From: the human T2T-CHM13v2.0 reference genome, Homo sapiens
DNA length: 64,000 nt
Reading direction: 5' to 3' (one strand)
Assembly (NCBI RefSeq): GCF_009914755.1
Contig: NC_060932.1
The notes under the pieces were generated by a model. The model had not been told where the DNA came from and did not search any database. It saw nothing but the letters and a program-made list of their open reading frames with translations. This document shows, one piece after another, positions 54,801 through 64,000 of the stretch (positions within the stretch are counted from its first letter, which is position 1; each line of letters begins with the position of its first letter). A program made the translations under genes and the position numbers.

Positions 54801-56212
54801 AAAATAGGTATTTTGAATTCCTTGCTTGAGAGATTATGTATCTCTATGACTCCAGGGTTGGTTACTGGGAACTTATTTAGTAAATTTGGTGAAGTCATAT
54901 GTTCCTGAATGTTCTTGATGCTTGTGTATGTTTGTTGATGCCTAGGCATTGAAGACTTTAAGTATTTATTCCAGTCTTTGTAGTCAGGCCTTGTTCCAGT
55001 CCTTCAGAGGGTCTTCCAATAATTGTTAAGGGTACTGAGTATTTACTTAAGCCTGTGGGTAACTGTAGCCATTTCAGCACTAGAGGGCACTCTAAGCCCA
55101 TGTGTGCTGCAAATCCTCGCGATCCAGCCCTGGTGGACTTGGGGAAGATAAGGTTCCCAGGCAAAGTCTTTAGCTTTCTTTTCTCCCTTTTCCCCAAGTG
55201 AAAGGGGTCCCTCTCAGCACTGTGTTGCCTGGAGTTGGGGGATGGGTGACTCGGCACTGCTGTGACCATAGCAAGTGGCACCATGCTGGGTTATATTCCA
55301 ATCCCATGGCGTCTCAAATCAGCACAGTACAGGGGCTTGCCCAAGGACCCTGGCCACTATTGCCTGACTGCAACTGATGTTTACTTAAGGCTAAGGCCAC
55401 TGTAGTCAACAGGCGGTGAAACCTGCTGGGACTTGGGTTTGTACTGCCAGGGCAACATATTTCCTTTTGGCCTAGGGTGCGTCTAGAAGGACCATCCAGA
55501 ACCAATGGCCAACTGGGAGCTTTGGGATCCTGCCTGGTGGTTTATTTTAATGTAGCTGGGCTGGTACCCAATTGTAAGAAAAAGTTTCCTCTGTTTACTC
55601 TAAGAAAAAGGAATCTCTGCACTGTATTGCCTGAAGTCGGGAGAGGAGTGATGCAGGCATTCTCTAATGGATACCACCAGAAGGTTTCATGCTGGGTTGC
55701 ACTTGGAGTAAACAGCCTTCGAGAGTAGTGCAGTGGCAGGGTTCACCCAAGGACTGCAGTTGCTATGGCCTGGATGCCACTGAAATTTATTCACGGCTCA
55801 AGGCCACTTTTGTTAGCCTGTGGTGAAGTGGACCGGGATTTGGGTTCTTCCTGCTGGGGTGGCAGATTCTCTTCTGCTCCAGGACTTGTTCTAAATACTC
55901 CCTCCATGGGCACTTGTGGAATTCTGCCTGGTGTTAATGTTCCACTCTAAGCATATATTCTTTCCTCTGGCTGTGCTCTCTAGGGTTGGGTGAGGAGTGG
56001 TGTAGACAGTGCTGTTCTTTTCATCCTCTTCAATGCATCTTTTCTTGTTATTACGCTAAAACTAGGTATGTGATCTCTCATGTGATGTTTTAATTTTCAT
56101 GAAGGTGCCTTTTTGTGTAGATAGTTGTTCAAAGTTGATGTTCTTGCCAGGGACATGATCACAGGAGATTCTCTTTCACCATCTTGCTCCACCTTCCCTA
56201 AATCATTCTCTC
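48870..56212 (-). mobile_element. Near full-length L1MA2/3-like element, antisense
   Basis: 3' UTR, ORF2 (MDLTDIYKIFHPT), ORF1 (NLREFITTRPILQEM) and 5' UTR in order, with probable TSD tttca(g/a)tatttt at 48858-48869 and 56213-56224. ORFs disrupted. Confidence 0.82.
50580..51131 (-). mobile_element. Two antisense Alus (partial AluJ-like 50580-50795; AluS-like 50815-51131)
   Basis: Alu consensus on the minus strand. Confidence 0.9.
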
Positions 56213-56639
56213 TTTCAATATTTTAAATGTACTGCTTTTCTGCCTCCTCCCTTTCACTGTTTCCATTGAGAAATATATCATTCTCATCTTTGGTTTTCTG
56301 TGCATAATGTAGCATTTTTCACTTGCTGCTTAAGTATTTTTTAACACTAGTTGTGTGCAATTAAATTGTTTTTTTGGTGTATTTTTCTTTGTGTCTCTTT
56401 GGTTTGAGGTTTGTTGAGGGCCTGGGGGAATTTTGGCCATTATTTTTCAAATATTTTTACTGTTCCTTCCTTTCTCTAGACAGCTTCAAGAACTCCTGTT
56501 CCCAGTATATTAGGCAGCTTGTAATTGTCCTACAGCTCACTTATGTTCTTTCCTTTAATCTTAGTTTTATTTTTTTCCTTGTGTTTTATTTTGTATTCTT
56601 TATATTAATGTGCATTCAAGTTTACTGGTCTTTCCTTCT

Positions 56640-56761
56640 GCAATGTCAAATCTGCTGTTTATAAAATTCAGTGTATTTTTTAATAATCACAGACATTGTA
56701 GCAATGTCAAATCTGCTGTTTATAAAATTCAGTATATTTTTTAATAATCACAGTCATTGTA
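56640..56761. repeat. 61-bp tandem duplication (2 copies, 2 mismatches)
   Basis: 56640-56700 repeated at 56701-56761, read directly. Confidence 0.95.
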
Positions 56762-59207
56762 GTTTTTATGACTAGAACTTTAATTTGGGACTTAAGATAT
56801 ATTCTATGCTCTGTGTAACTTTAAAAACATGTAGAATACAGTTATAATTATTGTTTCGATATTCTCTTTTGCTAATTCTAACCCCCCTTGAGTCTGGGTT
56901 AGTTTTGATTGATTACTCTCATTACGGTATGTGGGTTTTTTTTTTTTTTTGTACTTTTTTCATGTGTGGTATCTTAGGTTGGATGACAGGTGTTGTATAT
57001 TTTACTTTGTTGGATGTTGGCTATTTTTGTGTTTCTGTAACTTCTTGAGCTTTCAGATGTAGTTAAGTTACATGGAAACAGTTTGATACTTTTACACATT
57101 CTTTGAGGGTTTGTTAGGTATATTTGGAGCAATGCTCAGTTTAGCACTAATTATTCTCCTCTACAGAGGAAAGACTGAGTCTTTAACCAATATCCCATGA
57201 ATTAGGAGTTTTTCCAGTCTTGCTGGTAGGAACAACTATTTTCTTTCTAATTCTTTTAGATATTCTTTTTTTTTCTTTAACCCCATTCCCTTGAGTATTT
57301 TTCTCATATGTATGTTCACCGATCATTACTGAGCTGAAGACTTGAAGAAACCCCTGGAGTTCTCTTGGGTTCTGTCTCTGTGCAGCTTTGTGTATCAACT
57401 CTGTCTCTTTATATGTTGAGGGTTAGCCTGATAGGGATGGTTTATGGAAGAAGGATGGAGCCAGAGGCAATACTCCCCACTTATCTTGTATTTTCCTTAA
57501 GTCTGAGGATTTGTAAAGATAGATTTTAGCTCAAGGAAGACATCCCTGGATTTCTTTCATTAGTTTTTCTACATTTTTATTCAAGCAAGAGACTTGTCAT
57601 GTATAAAACTTGCCTATATTCTAAATAAAAAGACTCTGGAATGTATTTTTTTTTCAAATTTGATCATCATGCTTAGTTGCCTTATGTAGAAGGCTTTTGT
57701 TCCCAACAGGTACTAAATACATTTCTTTGATTTTTCATAGCCCAAAAGGATTAATCTCAGTGAAAGTTGGTCTTACTAAGCTTATGAAATAGAATAATGA
57801 GAACACAAATATTATATAGCTTATGATTTAATTATAAAGCTATTTAAAAATTCTCTTAGTAATCTTTTAAGGGAATATAATAAAATAATCTTTTGTTTTA
57901 ATTTTGAGGCTCTTTCATGTGGAGCCATCCTTAACATTTAGTTAATTCTCTTGAGGTACATTTAGGACATAGAAAATAAATGAAGGGCAGGACATATGGA
58001 AGTACCAACACAACAAAATTTTACGAAATATCGGTTCTCTTTGTTTCCTTTTCAGATTATACCCTCTTAATAAATAAAAGCCATATTTTTAGTCAAGTGA
58101 AAAAATAATGACTTCATAAGAAAACAATTATTTTGTAATTATTGGATAGTGATGTTAGAAAGACATTAAAAGTAATTTACAATAAGGATTATTTTAAGCG
58201 TCAGAGTGTGGCAACTTTAACTTTTTGTTTCTTTTACTTTTTGGTAAGAAAAGTATATTACCACCTGCTTAATCACTAATTTAGAAAAAAATAAATAATG
58301 TACATTTCCACAGTTGTATTATTTAACTTAAAATGTAACATGAATTTTTTCACTTTATAAATTATCAGATTTGAAGCATAATGACATAATTTTATAATGG
58401 TTATAAAGGAAAGTGATTTTTAAAAATTTTATTTTATTTTTAGAAAGTGATTCTTAAGCAAGTTCTTTGAAATATATTGATATACATTGCCAATTTGGGG
58501 GTTGTTTCTCTTCAGGAATCTCTGATGAGTTCACAAGTTCTTTATACTCTGAAATATATTACAGTAGTCTTGAAAGTGAGATAGTGTATCACCTACTGTG
58601 GAAGGAACGCTTTTTGGGAGTAACTGGTGTGAATAACTTCAAGGGCAAAGATTTTAGTAGCATATTCTTAAAGTTGATCTACCTTAGAACACTATCTTTT
58701 TTGTGGATCTTTCTTTTTCAACTCACTTTTACAATTGTTCTATTTTTCAAAAGAAAGGTACATTCCTCAGCCTTACCTATTCTGAATCTAGCTTTTATGT
58801 AGTACATTGGCTCAGGGTGTAGAAATCTCTGGGGCACCACACAAAGTGACAATTCCAGAATGTGTTGTCCTCAGGGAGAGTTCAGAGGCAAAGCAATGAG
58901 AAGGTTTGTAAGAAATATAGAAGAGGGCAGCGCCTTATTTCATTCAGGCAACAGATTTTTGGCAAGATTCTATTGCCTCTTCTATTGTTTTTAGAATTAG
59001 AATTTGGATGTGAGATGGCCATTTGTGAATCATTATAATAGCAATTTTAATTTAAAAATGAAGTTGGACTCTTTTTGATAGAAAGCCAGATTTGATGGTT
59101 TAACAGTGTGGAGTGGTTTGCCAAATGGGTTCTATAGTAGACATTTGCCATATATATTCCGTGTATAAGCTAAATATGCAGCTCCAAGATTTGATGAAAA
59201 TATATCA

Positions 59208-59510
59208 GGCAGGTGCGGTGGCTCAACCCTGTAATCACAGCACTTTCGGAGGCCAAGGTGGGGTGGATTTCTTGAGCTCAGGAGTTTGAGATCAGGCTGG
59301 GCAACATGGTGAAACCTCATCTCTACCAAAAATACAAAAAATTAGCTAGGCGTGGTGGTGAGTGCCTGTGGTCCCAGCTACTTGGGAGGCTGAAGTGGGA
59401 GGATCGCTTGAGCCTGGGAGGCGGCGGATGGAGTAAGCCAAGATCTGCCACTGCACTCCAGCCTAAGCAACAGAGCCGGACCCCATCTGAAATATATATA
59501 TATATATATC
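59208..59510 (+). mobile_element. Alu (AluJ-like) with (TA)n tail
   Basis: Dimeric Alu. Confidence 0.93.
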
Positions 59511-59591
59511 ACACTTTTAAAATGTACTTTTACAATACCCAATATATCTGAAAATGCATCCTAACCATTTAAACTTTATTTTAGTTTTCAA

Positions 59592-59905
59592 TTTTTTTTT
59601 TTAGAGATGTGGTTTCACTCTGTCAACCAGGTTAGAGTGCAGAGGCACAATCACAGCTCACTGGAGGCTTGAACTCATGGGTTCAAGGAATCCTCCTGCT
59701 TCAGCCTCCTGAGTAGCTGAGACTACAGGTGCACACCGCCTCACCCGCTTAATTTTTAAACTTTTTTTTTTTTTTTTTTTTTAAATAGAGACAGGGTCTC
59801 GCCACCTTGCCCAGGAAATAGTCCCGAACCCCTGGGCTCGAACAGTCCTCTTGCCTTGGCCTCCCAAAGTGCTTGGATTACAGGTGTGAGCCACCATGCC
59901 TGGCT
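59592..59905 (-). mobile_element. Alu (AluJ-like)
   Basis: Dimeric antisense Alu. Confidence 0.93.
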
Positions 59906-60577
59906 TAAAACTTAAATGTTAATTTAAAAATATGTAGGAGTATATGGTTTTAGAGATTTATTTTAGATTAGAGAAAAAATACTCTTAGCTCACTGGACAT
60001 ATGGCAAAGGCAAGGTATGCTTGGTTGTTGGTACATCTACATATGAAAGCTGCTTTTGGTATCCACTTGTTCCTAATCTCTTGGTGTCAAGGATACTGCT
60101 TTGTACATGATGTGCTCATCAGTAGTTAAGCTCCTTATCAGTAGATAAGGTGAGTACCAAGTTAAATAGATTTCATTTAGCATATATAAGGAAGATTAAT
60201 AATAGAATCTATAATGAATTCTAATCATAATAGGAGACTATACAACAGTTTAAGATATAAAAAATTCATGACATCACCAAAACTGCAGGATGGTAAAACA
60301 GACTGTAGATACAGAAACACAAAGGAAATGGAAAGCAGGCAAGACATGTAAGGTGGGTTAGACATTGGTCATGAATTCCTTTATCCCTTTTAAATGGAAT
60401 ATCCAGTTAACTTTACCCAATTTCTTTTCAAGGATTCCTAACAGAAACCTTTAATTTCAAACATAAGCAAAAAGTAAATGAAAAATAAAAGAATTTTTTT
60501 GAAGTTAAAATAAAAGTGTAGTAATAATCCTTATTTTTAACTTATTTTATGTAAAAATCCATTAAATAGGACATTGG

Positions 60578-60912
60578 ATTTTTCTTTTCCTTCCTTCCTT
60601 CCTTCTTTTCCTCCTTTCCTTTCTTTCTTTTTGATGGATTATCACTCTGTTGCCCAGGCTATAGTGCAGTGGTGCAATCTTGGCTCATTGCAACCTCCAC
60701 TTCCTGGGTTCAAGTGATTCTCCTGCCTCAGCCTCCTGAGTAGCTGGGATTACAGGCACACACCACCATGCTTGGCTAATTTTTGTATATTTAGTACAGA
60801 CAAGGTTTTGCCACTTTGGCCAGGCTGGTCTCGAACTACTGACCTCAGGTGATCTGCCTGCCTCGGCCTCCCAAAGTTCTGGGTTTACAGGCATGAGCCA
60901 CCATGCCCGGCC
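60578..60912 (-). mobile_element. Alu (AluSx-like) with (TTCC)/(TTTC) tail
   Basis: Dimeric antisense Alu. Confidence 0.93.
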
Positions 60913-60999
60913 TAATATCTTGTGTTTCTAAGTCCTTTGCGGTAAATACATTAGAATACTGCTGAATCTCACTTAGTCCAAGCAGACTTTCTATGTATT

Positions 61000-61795
61000 T
61001 CCTATTGCTGGAAGAACCCACAAATCTACACCTCCTATAATTTTCAACTTTTTAATTGGCCCTATTTTCCACTTTGTCATCTAAGCCAGAAAGGTAGGAA
61101 TCATCTCAGATTTCTTTCCTTTCCCCAAATTTTTTTGATTTTATCATTTCCTGTCTCTCTATGTAAACTACGGATGCTGTCTTTTTTAGGTTCTTATCTT
61201 CTGTCACCTAGACTAAGGCCAATCTTCTAATTGGTCTCTCTGCTTCAGTTTTGGCCTGTTAATCACATCCTTCAAATACTGCTATAGTGATTTGTAAAAT
61301 GCAGATTTGATTATTTTTACCTTCTGTTTAAAAATGATTCAGTGACTCCTCATCACCTGAGTGAAGTTTCTAATGGCATAAAGAGTCACCGCTCTCTGAT
61401 TTATTCCTTGCCTAACTCTAGGCATGAGCTTCACTCCATTCTAGATGTCTTAACCAGATTATACTACTTACACTTCTCTTATTTCTGCCTTTTTTTCTTT
61501 CTTCCTGAAATACTTCTTTTATCCCCTCTAGATCCCACTCCCAGTCCACAATTCTTACCCACTTGATGAGCACTTACTTATTTTTCTGGATTTAAGCATC
61601 ATCTCCTTTATGATGCTTTCTTTGGGTATCTCCTGTGAATTAACCACTCACTTTTTTGTGCCACACTGGATTCTTCAGACCTCCAATCTAGTACTCTCAA
61701 AAGTGTATTATTATTAATTGATTAGATCTGTTTAATTCCCCTTGACTGCTGTAGGCTTCTATGTTTTGGCACATAATGGGTCAGTGAATTAATGG
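61000..61795 (+). mobile_element. L2 LINE fragment
   Basis: ctaagccagaaaggtaggaatcatc, ttctaattggtctctctgcttc and gtgatttgtaaaatgcagatttgat L2 motifs. Confidence 0.65.
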
Positions 61796-62746
61796 AACAA
61801 AGAAGTCTAGTGTACTTACTATGGGCATGTTATTATGGGATAAGCATTGCATTTAAGTCCAGCTCTTTGCTGTAGCTCAGCACTGTGATAATGTTTTATG
61901 GAAGATAACAATCTAAACTTGTGGATGAATTAAAAATATAAACTATACAGACAGAATTTAATTGTTGTTATTCTTGGAAAAAAGAAGACCAGCCTTGAGA
62001 GAGAATATTGTAGTGGTGTGAAAGAGAGGTATTTTTGGGTTGATTAGAGAAGGTAGTCAAGAAGTGAGAGGCAAGTGATGGTAGTTTAACTATATAGAAT
62101 ATAGAGCACTGATACAGAGGGAGGGATCAGAAAGATGGAATACCTCTATCTAAAGAAGGATTCTGAGGGGAAATTAACATTAGTTTCCTAGGAGACTGGG
62201 GAACTAATCATGGAAAGTTGCACAAAGAATAGTTATTGACAGATGATTTTGTCATATATAGTCTGAAATGATGCCACGATAAGAGGAAATATCAGAGGTG
62301 GAAAATAATGATAGAATCAATGATATATAAGTGATAATGAGAAGGTAGATTTGGGAGTAATACTTAAAGTAAATTGATCTTGTGGAGAGGAAGGGTGACT
62401 GATTATTAGAAGTGATAAGATAGTAAGGATGGCCATAAGGATGGTTGATTATGAGAAAAAAGTAGTTGGTATAAAATTTTTTTAGATAATAAAATAGGGT
62501 AAGATGTTGACTATTTAAAAGAAATTTTAACATGTAATTATATTATTAAATTTTTAATGAATATTCCTGGGCATACTTCAAGTTACCACTGGAGTTTCCA
62601 GGTCTAGTAATTATGACCTAAAATAATTAGCTGATCAATTAAATTACAGAGAAAAGAGATATAAAATCAACCAAGGACACTGGCATTATATAGAGGCAGC
62701 ACTATTGAGTGGCTATAGTGCAAGATCTGAAGTGAGACAAGATGTT

Positions 62747-63004
62747 GTTTTTATTTTTAATTTTATTGTAAGTTTCAGGATACATGTGTAGGATGTGCAG
62801 GTTTGTTACATAGGTAAATGTGTGCCATGGTGGTTTGCTGCACCTATCAGCCCATCACCTAGGTATTAAGCCCAGCATGCATTAGCTATTTTTCCTGATG
62901 CTTTACGTCCCCAACCCCTACTGCCTGCCCCCGACCAACAGGCCCCAGTGTATGGTATGTTGTTCCCCTCCCTGTGTCCATGTGTTCTGATTGTTCAGCT
63001 CCCC
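62747..63004 (-). mobile_element. L1PA (about L1PA8-10) 3'-end fragment
   Basis: gtgcaggtttgttacataggtaaatgtgtgccatggtggtttgctgcacc...cagctccc. Confidence 0.88.
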
Positions 63005-63841
63005 AAAATGTGGGATTTTAATATAGGACTTTGCGATTGTCTTTCCTCTGAGTCACAAATGTTGTACTATCACCCATATTTCAAAGAAACAGTGATATCT
63101 CAAAACACATGATTTTGGTTTTAATTATTGTAAGTTCTTGTATCAGCCATTATTATTGCATTATCACTTTCACTGTTATCGTTACTTTATGTTAAAGAAA
63201 AGAGAAATGAAAGGAGTTTACTTTGTAGTGTATTTAAATCACCTTTTGACCAAAATATGTATTTTCTCATTTTATTTTCCACACTTATCATATTGGGAAA
63301 CAGTGACCCCAAATTACCAGTGGTAATCAATAATAACAACTTCAAAAAGATTTTCTTTTTAGTTATATTAAGTATAAAAGACTTCTGAATAATTGGGACA
63401 GAGATAAACTTCAGAAACAATATGTGTAATTCATGAAAATTACATTTTATCTACTTTTGATAGTATATGATGAAATTAAACATTGATGCTATGTTTTTTA
63501 TTGTCTTTGTATATAAAACTTTTTTCTTAAACATTTTTCAGTTTTTTGAGCTCAGTGTTTAACTGATTTTGTTTGTAGGAAGAGTATTCTTTTTTTCCCA
63601 ATGTTTGGATGTTTAATTGCTGTTATGGAAATTATTTTGTTTATATATCTTAATATATTCTCTTATGTAGCATGCTTTTGCTTGAATTGAATGAAATGTA
63701 TGGAAAAAAATCTCCCCTAAAATTTTTTAAAATCTAGAATTTTAGATTTCAGTCAAAATGTAATTTAGACATTTTCAGAATTTTAATTTCAGTAAGAAAA
63801 CTTTTTAAAACTCTTACTTGTTTTAAGAATGGAATTAATTA

Positions 63842-63902
63842 TTTCTTTTTTGTTTTGTCTTTTCTGTCTTTTCTAACTTGCTTTCGTGGATATTCACTCC
63901 AG
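63842..63902 (+). promoter_or_regulatory. 3' splice-site region of the microexon: pyrimidine tract, branch point, UGC, AG
   Basis: U-rich tract 63842-63872, CTAAC at 63873-63877, TGC at 63879-63881, and no AG between 63828 and 63900. Confidence 0.7.
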
Positions 63903-63914
63903 GAGGACAAAGTG
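63903..63914 (+). CDS. RIMS2: RIMS2 12-nt microexon encoding EDKV (phase 0-0)
   Basis: ccAG|GAG GAC AAA GTG|GTtaga. In frame after ...SLRSNK, and the paralog RIM1 has ...SLRSNNEDKVVMWVC at this position. Confidence 0.85.
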
Positions 63915-64000
63915 GTTAGAGTCTTTTTTTCTGTCTAATATTAGTTTTTCCTTATTGTTGTTATTGCCAGTTTTAATTTTATAGCTATATTTAATTTATA

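Overview
AT-rich, repeat-dense primate (human-like) genomic DNA lying inside the 5' part of RIMS2 (RIM2-alpha, presynaptic active-zone protein), transcribed on the + strand. Only about 310 nt are coding: an 87-nt cassette exon in the Rab3-binding helix (221-307), the 211-nt zinc-finger exon (44681-44891) and a 12-nt microexon encoding EDKV (63903-63914) that the ORF track misses. The introns hold a TARBP2 processed pseudogene, a U13 snoRNA retrocopy, a two-LTR MER57-type ERV1 provirus (about 12.1 kb, antisense) with nested THE1 and MST elements, several long L1s, about 19 Alus or Alu fragments, and DNA-transposon MITEs. Nearly all other ORFs in the track are repeat-derived or spurious. I see no wholly new biological system. 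The best leads are the microexon, the pseudogene ORF with a probably new start codon, and three local template-copy scars. All family names come from recalled consensus sequences, not from a database search.
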